In this document: positions 38,680 to 52,202 of the stretch, one piece after another | Position numbering within the stretch: the stretch's first letter is position 1 | Layout: each line of letters opens with the position of its first letter | From: Adineta vaga | Taxonomy: Eukaryota > Animalia > Rotifera | DNA length: 64,000 nt | Direction of reading: 5' to 3' | Assembly: GCA_021613535.1 (NCBI GenBank) | Contig: CP075492.1 | Location: forward strand, 930,001-994,000 | Position numbers and translations under genes: made by a program | The notes under the pieces: model-generated | Database searches by the model: none | Seen by the model: the letters and a program-made list of their open reading frames with translations, nothing else | Told to the model about the DNA's origin: nothing

Positions 38680-41418
38680 CCCTTTCCAGCCGGCTCCTAG
38701 AAAGACTTACGAAAAAAAATCGTGCTCTACATATTTTTTCTAGTTGAGTGATAGACATGATAAGGTTTTAATATGAGGAACAAAAAATCGATATATAACA
38801 CAACGCCGAGATGTTGCCAAATGGCAACAGCCGGCCGAAAGGGGTCAAGAAGCGAGAAAATTTTTTCTTAGCCAAAAATTTCGGTATAATGTAGCATCCA
38901 ATATTACGACAACGTCCTTTAGTTGTCGTCCTAGGCCAGTGATAAAATCCATCTCGACGTGTACCAGTTGAAGGAGGTCGAATAGTTGTGGCTCGGCGTT
39001 GTTTGGATTGACTTGTTTCTTTTGATCGAAGACGTACAACTGGTCGCCCACGTTGCACCGGACGTTCAGGTACTGCTGGTTTCAATAAAGCATCAGTAAC
39101 TGCAATTCGAAACTGTAATAATGAGAGAATTCCATTTTTTGCTAATCAAAGTTGATCACAATGACGGCGATATAATAGCCAGCCATTAACAATCGATAGA
39201 TCAATCAAGTGAAAGATGATTTTTATATAATACTTTTTGGAACCCATATTGATTCTATATAATGAAACCAACATGTCATGGAGGTCAACGCCCCCATAAA
39301 TTGATTGTAAGATTGAATTAAGTTTGGACGTGTAACTTGAATATGTTGTTTTTCTGATGCAGACCATCTTTTTACCAAATTCTGTGGTTCACAACCATGT
39401 AATGTAGAAAGACAATTGACTAAGTTATTATCGAACCATCTGATGGCACAAAATGTAACACCATCCACTTGAACAATACGTTGATCCATTGCATCTCGAC
39501 CTTCTTCTTCTAATGTTTTGGCATCTTTCATCACTATATCGGATAATCGATTTGTTCGAACAGTAGCAACAGAATAAATTCCTAATTTATGTAATTCAAC
39601 TTGTAAACGAATTGTTGTGAAGTAGTTGTCGAAATAAAGTTTGTAATTCTTCATTCGTGGAATAGTTTCACTTAGTTTCAATACAATATCTGTGCAAAAG
39701 CTATGTTGTGTTCCATTGGCTTTGCCTGTGTAAAAAAAAATCGTAGCAAATACCACTTTCACCACCAGCAAGTAGATACATTTTGTAGCCCCATCGATTA
39801 GACTTGTTCGGTATATGTTGTTTCATAATACTTTCACCTTTGAAAGGTATAATCTGTTCGTCAACACTCAAATGTTCCTCTTGAGCAATTTGTCGAAAAT
39901 TTTCTTTTACAATATTTAGCATAGGTCGAATTTTAAACTCTCGATCAAAATCAGGATCGTTTCGATCTGGTTGATTTGTATTATCAACAACATGAAGATA
40001 TTTCTTTGTTTGAAGAAATCGGTCTCGGCTGATTGCCGAGGCGATTGACGAAATACATGTACCATTTGTCCAATAAAATCGTTGTTGTGGAAAACAATAA
40101 ACCCCACTCATGATAAGTATACCAATAAATTGACGAATTTCAGTGTCGGAAATATTGACAGGTCGATTTGGGTTGATTTGTACAGAATATAAATTTGATT
40201 GATTTTTTAAAATGTTGATTGAATCTTTACCAAACATTGAGTAGAAGTATTCAATTGGTTCTGGTTCAGAAGCGATTGGTGGTGGTAAGTTCTTTGTGAA
40301 TGTTGCTACTGGAGGTGTGAACGATCTTTTACTCCAATGTAATTTTTTATTTTTTTTAATTTTGATCTGGATGTTGCTTTTTGGTACTCTTCTTCACTAT
40401 CACTATCGCTATCACTGTTTTCATATGATGAAGAATCAGAATTCATTATAAGTTGGTTTTTCAAAACATTTTGAATTTTCGTCATTTTATCTTCTGACTC
40501 TGATGTATCAACATCTTCACTCATACCATTCGGTATGACAGTCTGATTTTTATGAATTTTCTTGTTAGACATGTCTAAAAAACAATCACAGATCAAAATC
40601 TACAATACTCGTTTCGATCGTAATGATAACTCACGTCAATTCAAATACTTGTGAAACAAAATTTCGATGAAAAAACGAATTTTTACGACCTTGGTATTGA
40701 CTTTGACAGGTGAAATTGACAGTTTCAACGGTTTGTCATAGAACTAGAGTGAAAGGCTGCGTTACTCGCCAGTAAAGATCTATTTCACCAGATGGCGTGA
40801 GTAAGCTGGACAAGATATTTGCACCAACGCATAATTTTGTGTTCTTTTCAATTTAATATTTTAGAATCATTAGTTAGTGACTGTAAATGAATATTTTAAT
40901 TGCTTCCGATTCTCAATACATAACATTTCTGTGACTAACTGAAAGGCAATATATTCTTAAATTATCGTTTAGAGTTGATATTATCCCATAGTCATTGAAT
41001 AATATCGCTAAAGCTTTGGAACAACTTTAGAAATTTTTGACCCTCTACAGCCGGATGTTGCCAAAAGGCAACATTTTCCTTTTTTCTACTTTATATACCA
41101 ACAAAAGTCTATTATTAGTGGTACTTCATATTGATGATAAAGTAAGAAATGTTTTAGAATCACTAATTAATATGCTAAGTTTTCAGAAATTGTCCAGGAA
41201 CGGCAGTTTTGATAATACTGCTCTTCCATGTTAATCAGTATGTACTAGATTATTTTCCCAAAGCTATGTGCATTGATATTAAATGAGAGATGGATAAAGT
41301 ATGTTATATATACCTTTAATTATCATAGTATAAGAATAAGAATCGCTAGTAGTTTGAAGGAGTTATCGATAAAACATCATCTCAATGTTGCCATTTGGCA
41401 ACATCCGGCCGGGAAGGG
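38680..41418 (-). mobile_element. piggyBac transposon (PGBD2/3-like), disrupted transposase at ~40596..38870
   Basis: TTAA TSD (38676-79, 41419-22); TIRs ccctttccagccgg / ccggccgggaaggg; SVDEQIIPFKG, YFDNYFT and GGVDLHD motifs in three frames. Confidence 0.92.
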
Positions 41419-41521
41419 TTAAAGAACGTTCTTTCGTGGCTCCTAATTGATGAGAACACTAAGCGTTAGCCATGTGACAATATTGAAGAGCATCGGTATT
41501 AAATCGTATTCGTTATCTTAA

Positions 41522-41936
41522 CCCTAGTACTTCGAGCCTATTTTAAGCCTATACTAACAACATATATCTTCATAGAGTGACTTCTTTACTCTTGCATCAA
41601 TGTCCCGAGGGGAGGGGCAAGCCTCCCCCCCCCCCCAATAATCGAAGATTTTATATTTTCTGATCGCAAATTAAAAAAAAAATTTTAAATGCAGATGGGG
41701 TGACGTTGCCAGGAATGTCGAAAACTTTTTTGAAAAATTTTATGATCTACAAATTTTTCAATTATTTGGGAGGGCTCTCCGTGCCCCCCCCCCCTCACTC
41801 GCGACACCCCTAGACATTTCTCCTTGCCTCCTGGATACTAGTTGCTTTAAAAAACCAGGATATAACAAAATATTTCTTGTGTATTTTCACATTTTTACAT
41901 ATGGGTCAAAAATGATCAAGGCTCGGAGTACTGGGG
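41522..41936. mobile_element. Non-autonomous piggyBac-type MITE (415 bp)
   Basis: TTAA flanks; TIRs ccctagtacttcgagcct / aggctcggagtactgggg. Confidence 0.88.
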
Positions 41937-42444
41937 TTAATCTTCTCGATAATCTGAACAAGTACCGTGTCTAATCCACTCTCGCACCCCAAATAACTAG
42001 TATTATCAATGCTTATATCTAAAATATCAGTGTAATTACAACGAATTTGGATTTTTCTTGAAAAATACAGGTTACTATGCCATTTAATAAAACCGTTTAC
42101 ATCTGTTAGTAGTTTTTCTCCGCATTTCCGTCATTTTTCCATTTACATCTATGTTTCTTTTTTCTTTTATATCAACATTTTACACAATATTTAGATTAGA
42201 ATTTCCTACTTTGAGATTTTCTTCTGTGTTCATATATATATTCATAGTTACATTTGATTAGTTGATAAATATCCTATAGTAAAAACGAGCAGAAATACAT
42301 CACAGATTTCAGCGTCAACATCTCTAAACATTTTTGCTTTGATTTGAAACAGTGAAATTATATCATCAAAAACCGTTTATTTTTTCAAGTAAGAAAAGAA
42401 GGTCTTGGTGTGAATACAAGAGGCCCACACTCACGTCAACCATC

Positions 42445-45400
42445 ATGCGAATCACAACTTTGGTTCGATGGATTAAGACGCAAGTACTTAGTTTGAATCT
42501 TTTTGATAGTCCGGCATCTCGTTCCGATGCTTCTCAATTACGTATCGCACTCGTATCAACTCGAATTTTTATAGTTCTTCTAACAATCATCATGATCAAT
42601 CTCATCACCTATGGGGCTCTTATTGTTCAAACTGAAACAATAACGATAGAAAACCCATCACAAACAATTTATACAACATTACAAAAAAAGTATGAAAATT
42701 CTCTATCATGTCCATGTAAAAATATAGCTATTAACTATACTGATCTGATCAATATTACAATAAAATATCATCCTATATGCAAAAGTCAGTTTATTTCTGA
42801 TGCATGGATATATCAACTATTCATTCCAAATACAAACGATTTTCTATCGAATGATTTTCGTGTAATAGCAAGTAGTTATTTTCAACTGCTTGCCATACTC
42901 TGTTCAACAGCTCAGAGATCAGTCGAGAATGCAATAAATGATTTCTTTTCAAAAATCTTTCTTACGAAATATCTTCTCTTGTCAACATCATTAAACATTC
43001 AAATTCATGAAGAAATTTGGTTTGTACTGAATTCAACAGCCAATACACTACGTCAGCAAAATGAATTTATACGAAAAACTATTCACAGCAATCAACTTGA
43101 AACAGCATTCATGAAACCAAGGTTCATCGAATATATTGTTACTGACGCAGGCCCTTATACATTGCGAGGCTTTCAATTCGAGCCAGCGACTATAGACTCA
43201 AAAGAGAACATATCATGCAATTGTGTTTACACGTCTAACTGTTCTGGTCCATCAATATACAATGGTGTTGATGCTGTTAAGTATGTTTAGAATTTTAAAA
43301 CAAAAAAATAAAACTTTCAATGAAGAATATTCTTTTTCTGAGATGAGGAAACTTTTGATTTCTATATGTTAAGAAGAAGACTCTGTCCACAGAAATAGTC
43401 GTATTCAATAAATTATATGAGGTTTTGTTAAAGGAATCCAATTGGCTTTGTTGATGCATGTTATCCAATCGAAGGTATTCTTCAATCTACACTCGAATGT
43501 TTATTTGATCAAACATGTTTACAATCTATGCTCATCGTATTTGGAATTATAAATGTCAGTAGTATAAATGTGCTCAAAATTAATGAAACAAAATTTTCTC
43601 CTAATACAATTATTGAAATACTGGCAAATGAATTATTCATTGATAATTCGTTTATATTGAGTTCATTTTCAAATTATTATAAAAAATGTGCTCCCGTCTT
43701 CTGCACATATACAATGACTGAAACGGGTAGTGAATTATTTCTTGTAACGACATTTTTTGGTCTCATTGGTGGTCTTAGTGTCATTTTACGTTTTTTTATC
43801 TTCTATATGGTCAAATGGTGGTTTAATCGATCTTTCAATAGACAAGAACCCATAACAAGTAAGCTCGTCTATGGTGCGTATGTCAAATGCTGAAATAATG
43901 ACGTTCTTTTATTTTTAGGAGTTTCTTTACAGCAACGAATTCAAATAATATGGAATCAAACGAAGATTTTGGTAATTGAAATGAATCTTTTCGAAACTGC
44001 TGATACAAACAACGATCCTTTTCAATTAATGACTGAAAGAATTACAACTCGTGTTTATCTCGTATCACTATGTATCTCAATGATTATAATTCTTTTTTAC
44101 ACTTCAATTAATCTTCGAATGCAAAGTGAAACTATTTCGAATCCATCCGAATCAATTTTTCAGACATTGTATGATACTTATGAGAGTATACTTCATTGTC
44201 CTTGTAGTAAGATGACAATTTCATATGGTTCATTCATTTCAATATCACCTGTATTTCATCCAATTTGTACAAGTTGGCTTGTATCGAAAGAATGGATTAA
44301 ATATTTATCGGATAAAACTATTTATGAAAACTATGTAAATGATGATTTTCACATGAAATCTGCTGCCTTCTTCAACGCATTGGCCACATTATGTACCCTG
44401 GTAAAAACAACTGTTTCCAATGCATGGCGTGTTGTTAGTCATTCGGCATTGATTACTAGTGAAACGTTGCCGCTGAATTACTTATTAGTTCGGTCGAATG
44501 AGACTGTCACTCTATTTCAAACGAATACAATCGCAGAATTTAAACGCTGTCTTTCAATCATTGATTTGCATACACAAAGCAACCTTATTCCAGATGATAG
44601 CAATGTCATGTAAATATTCATTTTGTTTTCAAGGACATGAAGATGAAGAGAGAAGAGACAATCACATCTTTATGACATATAAATATATTGTTTTTATATT
44701 TCAGGTGTACTGTTGATCAAGTATTCGAATCTGAATTTTGTCGTTTTAAATTCGATGTTAAACCAAGCAAAAAAATGAATTGCACATGCGGATTCGATGA
44801 TAATTGTATAACAGAGATGAAGTTCTATACATATTTTTTTCAATCTCCACCAATCGTATTTTATTCTATTCCGAATTTGTTTATTGGATGTTCCGCTATT
44901 GATTCTGTTCGTCTATCATCTGCCGAATGTTTTTTTAACCAATCATGTTTGAACATCATAAGAAAACTGGCGATTGGATCAAAACGATTAACAATGGATA
45001 CACCGATTCTAAAAATAAATGATAGTCGTTTTTCGCCAAATACATCATTGAATATTGTTATAAATGAATTAATGGTCGATCAATGGAATGTTAAGATTGA
45101 ATACGAACAATATTATAATCAATGTCATCCTCAACAATGTTCATATACATTTACAACACGAGGTGGAATCTTCTATATATTATCAACCATAATTGGTATA
45201 TTCGGTGGATTAATTACCATCCTTAAAATCGTTGTGAAAATCATTGTTAAATTGATACGCAAGAAAATACGATCACGAATTGAAAATACAAATATTAGAA
45301 GTAAATCATAGAGAGTTTCAGTTAACATAAAATAGTTTCATTCATTTTTTCATTACACTCTTTCATGAATCTTTCTTCTTTTGTTTTAGTTCGATTTGTT

Positions 45401-46699
45401 TTCAGTGATTATATACGTAATTTAATGTGTCTTGTCAAGAAACATGTCCTACATTTTAATCTCTTTGAAAGTAAATTATCGTGGAATGATAATCAACGTC
45501 GTCAAACAGAAATTATAACTACTCGACTATATTTGATTTTACTCTTTGTTTGTATTATCATTGTATTAATTTACACTTCAAGTATGGTGCAAACTCAAGT
45601 TTTCACAGTAAAGAATCCGTCCGAAGCAATTTTCAATCAACTTATTTCAAATAAAAATTATTTTTCTACTCTGGAATGTCCTTGTCAAAATCTTACTATT
45701 CAATACAATCTCTTCGTTCGAATCTTTCCTCATTTTCATCAAATCTGTTTAAGTGACTATGTTGTCGATAATTCTAATTGGATTAAACAATTTTCTCAGT
45801 CTTTTTCCAATAACAATTATTCCTATGACGATTTTCGACGTTTTATTGTGCCACAATTCCGAGCACTCACCGCTTTATGTAATATTGCTAAGGTCACGGT
45901 GGCTGACGCCCTATCTACATTCATGTCAGCCACGTTGATTAGTAAACGAGTCGAATCGACTGAAACGATTCAATTACAAGTAAATTCGGCCATTACACAA
46001 TTTCATTTATCAACAAATGAAGCATTCGTTCAGATGTTCGATCACGTTAAAGATATAATAAAGGGTAACAGATTGATGTCAACAACACTCTCCAATTGGT
46101 ATATGGATGATTATGTAACTGACTTCTGGTATATTGTATATGTAAAAATCACCATGTCACCACATTCATATGAAAATGGAAGCTGTTTTTGTGGTAGTAA
46201 CATAATATGTTCATCACCGGCAATTATCGATGGATCGATTGTTCCAGGATTTCGAGTAGGATGTTATCCTATTGAATCTCTTCTAGAATCAACACTCGAA
46301 TGTCTTTATAATGTAACATGTATCAACCAAATTCAGTCCGAAGATTTCACATCGGATAGTATCTTTCGTTCTCTTAATTCTACACTATCATCTCCTACTG
46401 TAACTGTTCAGTCTCTAGTAGATGCTCTTATGGTTGATCAATGGGAAACAAATTTTACTTATGAGAATTATTATTCAGCGTGTGCTCCTCTCTACTGTAG
46501 TTATTCGGTCAACATGCGATTTGATAAAGTATATGTTTTCACAACTATTATGGGTCTTTCCGGTGGATTGTCTATTCTACTTAAATTTATTGTTCCATTG
46601 CTTGTCAAATATGGACGATGTATTACAATGTTTCGTCGAAGACGTATTGAACCGATAGTCTCTACAGTCACAGAAAGCAATCCGACAATTGGCTTTTGA
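42445..46699 (+). CDS. Large multi-pass membrane protein with three tandem Cys-rich extracellular modules; function unknown; multi-exon
   Basis: Three repeats of NLF..TR(I/V/L)(F/Y)-TM-NPS..L.CPC..(F/Y)H.IC.S..W..DF..L..LC..C.C..GC..S..EC..N.L..Y..YY..C.P..C.Y-TM; GT-AG junctions at ~43859/43919 and ~45301/45390; the splice pattern near 43280-43430 is uncertain. Confidence 0.75.
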
Positions 46700-46714
46700 T
46701 GTTGTGCGAAAAAA

Positions 46715-46759
46715 CATCTTGAGGATGTGAGTGTAATCTTTAATTACCCACATCCTCAA
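46715..46759. repeat. Telomere-like hairpin unit between two convergent stop codons
   Basis: catcttgaggatgtgagt...acccacatcctcaa in the 118-bp gap 46700..46817. Confidence 0.85.
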
Positions 46760-46817
46760 TAATTTTTAATTAACATTGTTTCTTAGTAATCCGAGTCCAA
46801 TTATTAATTAATAAAAT

Positions 46818-48258
46818 TTATTTTTCGAGATAATATTTCTTTTCTGGTGTATAATACATTAATGTTTTTCCTAATGTAAGTCTTAATTCATCAACTAATC
46901 GACACCAATTTGAAGTTAATGTTCCTGCATGTAAATAAGCATTTGCTTCAATAAATAAATCTGTAAGAAAATCTAAAACAATTTCACCACGTTTCTTTTT
47001 TGACATTGCTGTTAATTTAGTAAAAATTATATTTTTTTTTGTTTTTATTTTTAATAATTTATAATAATTTTGTTTTTCTTTATTTAATTCATTAAATTCT
47101 TTAAAAACATTATTATCTTCAGAATTTAAATAAATATTTGTAATATTTGCTCGTCGAGCATCTCCATCAAATAATTGAAAATAATCTTTTAATGGATAAG
47201 CATGATCCATTTCTTTACCAGTTATTTTATCTGATCGACGAACATAAATAGCAATAAATGGTCGATAAAAATCAATTGATGATGTTTTCATAGATTTTAT
47301 TATACTTCTTTGAACATAAAGTAATGTTTCAGATTTATAACGTAATAAATAAAAAACTAATTGTGAACGATACCAATTAAAAGTTTGATTACGAAAAATA
47401 AATGGATATATTGGTTCTGTCCAATAACCATGATTAGCATTGATATAAATTGTTTTATTATTATCAATAATTGATGGAATTGAACAATTTGTTATTGGTA
47501 AAAAAAAACAATCGGGATTATTTGAATGACAACTTCCATAAAGCTAAAAGAAAAATAAATAAATGAATAAATGGATGGATGAGAAAATAATTTCAACTGT
47601 TTATAAAGGTTATATATCAGTTCGGTACGACGAACACGTTATATTTGTTTATATTTAATATAAAGATTTGAATTGAATGTATTAAAAAAAGAAAAATGAA
47701 AATCATATTTACCCAATCTCCTGGTGTTTGATAAACAGCAATTCTATTATCTGCTAATGCTTTACCAAATGCCCAAGCAATTTGATGAATAGTTGATCCA
47801 AAACCTGACCAAGCAAATTTTCTAATAATAGCAAATCGTTTATTTGTACAATTTATTGGATGTTGATGATTAAATAACCATTTTTGTGCTTTTAAAGTAT
47901 TTTCAACAGAATATTCATTTATTGTTGAATTATCACATGAATTTATTTGATGTTTTTTCCATCCTCCAGTATATTCAACAATTCTACATGGTAATAAACG
48001 TTCTATACGAAAATAATCATCATCTGCAAGACGTAATGACCAAAGATGTGTTTTATTTGGTTGATTAAGAAATATATTTACAATTTTTGTATTATAAGAA
48101 AGAACAGCTAAATTTAATTGACTAATTTGTAAAAGATAAAAAGCGGAATTATCATAATTACCAAAGATTAAATATAAAATAATAAAAATTATTCCTAAAC
48201 TTAAAATAATTATTTTTCTTTTCCATAAAGATTCCGGACTTTTTCGAATAAAACTCAT
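46818..48258 (-). CDS. Alpha-1,6-fucosyltransferase-like (FUT8/GT23 family) type II membrane protein; exons 48258..47713 and 47543..46818
   Basis: N-terminal TM; QHPINC..SGFGSTIH; IYVRRSDK; IYLNSED; D...AYLHAGTLTSNWCRLVDELR; in-frame GT-AG intron. Confidence 0.82.
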
Positions 48259-48749
48259 AAGAAATCATAAATTCAATATTTACTGATTTGTTTTCTTCAA
48301 TGGAATACGAAATTTGTTGAAAGAAATAATTATTTCTATCAGAACAGAATGAAATATGAAAGAAATATACATCAATCATATTGAAGAAAAAGAAAAGAGA
48401 TACGCCTCAATAAATGACACAGTATAACATATGTGTGTTCAAGCATAACATTAGAATCAAAGAAGTGTGATATACAACACATGTTAACACTTTTCTTTTT
48501 ATTTTTTATTGAAAAAACTGATAACCTAGAGACACGTAATGGAAAATTTCTTCAACAACAATAATAGAAAGAAAGAAATGAAATTAATATATATATAATA
48601 TACAATTAAATAGAAAAGGAAAACATAATAAATGTATATTTTGTAATTATTTTAAATTAATATAAATATATTTTGATAAGAATTTAATAAAAATGACTTT
48701 CAAATAATGATTAATATATATTTTAATTAAATTATTGAAAGTCTTTAAA

Positions 48750-49710
48750 TTAAATAATATTATTATTTATAAATCAACTATATTAATATATTTAGATGTA
48801 ATAGAAAATGTTCGTATTATAATTCTTGAACAAGTCAATAGTTTTAAATTTAATCTTGATATTCTTTTTTCTTTTTGACTATTCATATCAGAACTTATAT
48901 TAATCCAGATGATAAACAATCATATCATTTTAAACACATCAAATCAATGAAGTTTATAAGAAAATAATCAAAATTAAAACAATTTCTATCAATTAAAATA
49001 GTTGAAGGTGAAAAAGTATTAAAAAATTGTTCTTCAATATTTATCTGTTGGATATAAATGATTATTTTGAAATATCACTTATAAAAACAATTCGAGGATG
49101 TGAATAATAGGATTTATTAATTATGTTTATATATTCTACATGTATTTTAATGGATAATCTGTGATTTTTAGAAGAAAATTCTTATAATTGAATAAAAATT
49201 TTAATTTAATTTGTAAATTATATTAATAGAATGATGAATATTGATCGATTAATTATTTTATTTATATTTTATTCTATTATTTGAGAATCTTATTTAACTG
49301 ATCTTTCAATTATAATAATATCAAATATTATTATACAATTGAATTCTTCTAATAATAATTCATTAAAAATTAAAAGATTTAATATTAATATTAATACCAA
49401 AAATTTCATCAAAACTTATTTATCGTTTAGAATTGATCGATATGAATTTTAATGATAATTTTTCAACAAATCTTCTTCTTTTACTTTTGATAATAATCCG
49501 TACAAATCAGATCTAATATATATTTAACTAAATGAATTAAACGAAAAATATTATTTATTTCCTTTTGGATTTGATCCAACTAATGGAATTTTTCATTATC
49601 GATGGAATGATGCTATATTACGATATTTAACATTTGCTTTATTTACTGAATTATATCAAATTTTACAACGACTTGATTATAATCTTTCTTATTGTCATAA
49701 ATGTTCTTGA
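48750..49710 (+). pseudogene. Highly decayed glycosyltransferase, GT15/KTR mannosyltransferase-like (5' limit approximate)
   Basis: C-terminal DPTNGIFHYRWNDAILRYLTFALF..LDYNLSYCHKCS* resembles the RWGDA motif; upstream frames are broken. Confidence 0.5.
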
Positions 49711-49796
49711 ATTAATTTAGTTAAGAAATTTATTTCAAATATATAAAATGAAGATGTGAAGGAGAAAATAATACTTACTCACAACTATCTAGAATT

Positions 49797-49845
49797 GGGT
49801 GTTAGATAGCGAAAATATACACACCTACACTCACCCACACCCTTC
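49797..49845. repeat. Telomere-like hairpin unit
   Basis: gggtgt...acacctacactcacccacacccttc; 87 bp after the GT-like stop. Confidence 0.7.
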
Positions 49846-50324
49846 CATACGAATTATACGATCTCATGTTCTCTGTCAAAAGCAAGTCTGATCGAATGCG
49901 ATGTCACTTTCTATGTAAATCAAATAAGCGGGACGAAAATATTTTTTTATTTAACCTCCTGAATACCGACAGAGTTTTTTCGTTCTGTTGGATACGCAAA
50001 AAAAGATGGCGAATCACTCTCTCTAGCGAATTTATAGCTGGTGAACGATTTGACAGAACACAAAATGGGAAGTGTCATCATATCGCTTATATAGCAATGT
50101 ATTTTCTTTTATAAATATGTTGTAGGAAAGATTAAGATTCAATTCAGATTAAAATTGTTTCATTCTGTCATATCATAACACAGATACAAAATTTTCTTTT
50201 GATTCTATTTATCTTAGGTAAATATTCGTCACCGTTTTCACTCTCGTATATTTTCTCTTTCTCCATTTTCACGTGCAAATCAACACAATTGTTATTATTA
50301 TTTACTTTCTCTTAGACGACATAT

Positions 50325-51041
50325 ATGGCTAATTCAAATGTTAAAACAAACAAGAAACAGTGTGTAAAATGTGACAATACAAAAAATAGTGGAGGTTTGT
50401 TTACTTGTGATGGATGCCAACGAATGTTTTGTGCACGGCACGTTAATGAACATCGACAAGAACTCAGTATTCAGTTAGACAATACTATGCAGGAACATAA
50501 TTGTATTCAAGAACAATCTAATCAGTTGACAATAAATGAATCTACATTGAAACAAATTGACGCATGGGAAAAAAAGTCGATAGATAAAATTAAACAAATA
50601 GCCGATAAAACTCGTGCAGATTTCCTTCAATGGTATCAGAATGCTCATGACCAAATTAAAAGAGAGTGCACGGAACTTGGTAAAACTCTTGCTATTGCTC
50701 ATGATCAGGATGATTTCTCTGAGTCAAATCTCAATCAATGGAAGAAATTGTTAGATAACCTTCAGAAACAGTTGGATTCAACAACAAAGGTTAACATTGT
50801 TGAAGATCATCGATTAACAATAAACCTCATTAAAATCAGTCATAATATTCCTTCTACAAATGCTCGTTTCCAACCTAATCCAAGGATGTCGACATCACAC
50901 ATTACAATGGAATCACCATCTCCTCAAATGGTATTCAATCGAAGAGAAGATCCAACCGCTTCTCATAATAACATTGCACAATCAAACACTCCAAAACTTC
51001 ACTCCAATAATACAAAACCTCCGGAATGTAAGCAACAATAA
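50325..51041 (+). CDS. B-box-like Zn finger + coiled-coil protein with C-terminal CaaX-like CKQQ
   Basis: CVKC..FTCDGCQRMFCARHVNEHRQEL followed by a heptad-rich region; probable 5'UTR intron 50218..50315. Confidence 0.8.
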   Translation: MANSNVKTNKKQCVKCDNTKNSGGLFTCDGCQRMFCARHVNEHRQELSIQLDNTMQEHNCIQEQSNQLTINESTLKQIDAWEKKSIDKIKQIADKTRADFLQWYQNAHDQIKRECTELGKTLAIAHDQDDFSESNLNQWKKLLDNLQKQLDSTTKVNIVEDHRLTINLIKISHNIPSTNARFQPNPRMSTSHITMESPSPQMVFNRREDPTASHNNIAQSNTPKLHSNNTKPPECKQQ

Positions 51042-51360
51042 CTGAATTTTGAGAAAAAAAATTGAGACTGTTTTTCTCTATGAAGAACTTTCAAAAAAAA
51101 GAGAAAAACACACCTAACAACTTTTTTTATTTTCTTCTCACAAATAAAACTAATCAGGACATGGAATATTTTTTTCTACTGCGTCATATGCTACTAAAGA
51201 AAGTCTTCTTAATTGACGATGAAAACAGTCAATAACTAAAAAACAATTGATTTTTACAATATTGCAAATTCTATGTTTTATCAATGAGGAGAATAACATA
51301 GAAGAAAAATAAATTCGTAAGTGTTATTTTCACATAGATATATGAAACGACGCCATGCCC

Positions 51361-51415
51361 TCTTTGAGGGTGTGGGTGTTAGTATTACACCTATCTAATA
51401 CCCACACTCTCAAGA
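51361..51415. repeat. Telomere-like inverted-arm hairpin unit
   Basis: tctttgagggtgtgggtgtt...aatacccacactctcaaga. Confidence 0.88.
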
Positions 51416-51511
51416 AATATTCGTACGTTTGAGAGATTTAGGTTGGAATCCTCCTATTATATTAACGAAATCAATCGCATGTATGGTTTGACATTAATGT
51501 ATAATACAGAA

Positions 51512-51986
51512 ATGGATCAATATATAGATGAAGACAATATTCAAATGGATTCTCACCAGATACTGGATAATTCATTGTACAATGACCAACGACGTAAGAA
51601 TCACTGAACATTAGCTGTTAGATATTGATCTTTGCTTTTAGTCATTTCTCCTAAAACTACATATCAATTAATTTTACTCGAAATACAAAATAGGTAAAAA
51701 TATTTAATGACATGCATCAATATATTTTCTTTCTTAGAGTCTTAAATCCGGTCGAAGATGAACGCACACTTGACATATATTTAATCATGGAATATATCAT
51801 CGATCAAGTATGTGGTGAAAAGGCCAAGACGAATGGTAGTTATTTTACCTACCATTGTAACATACATTTTATTGTTCGGTAGATAGTCTTCATCCTGGTG
51901 ATATTGAAGATGTTGAGCTTACTCGACTAAGTGAAATATTTGATAGAGAATATTATGGATATGTTGCTGATTTAGAACTGGTCTAA
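51512..51986 (+). CDS. Possible small acidic multi-exon hypothetical protein or pseudogene
   Basis: ATG followed by three short GT-AG intron-like segments; no recognisable domain. Confidence 0.3.
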
Positions 51987-52202
51987 GCAATGAACACACT
52001 TTTAATTACATCCGGAACCATCAAATCTAATGACAATGATGATTTCTCACATTCATCTATCCAAATTTTTAACCCATCATACACATCAAACAGAAATATC
52101 AAGCGATTTCGACAACGATGAATATTATTAATAGTAAGATGATATTTAATCAATATTTTTATTCTTTTAAAATATCAATCAATGTTAGAATTTATCATTA
52201 TT

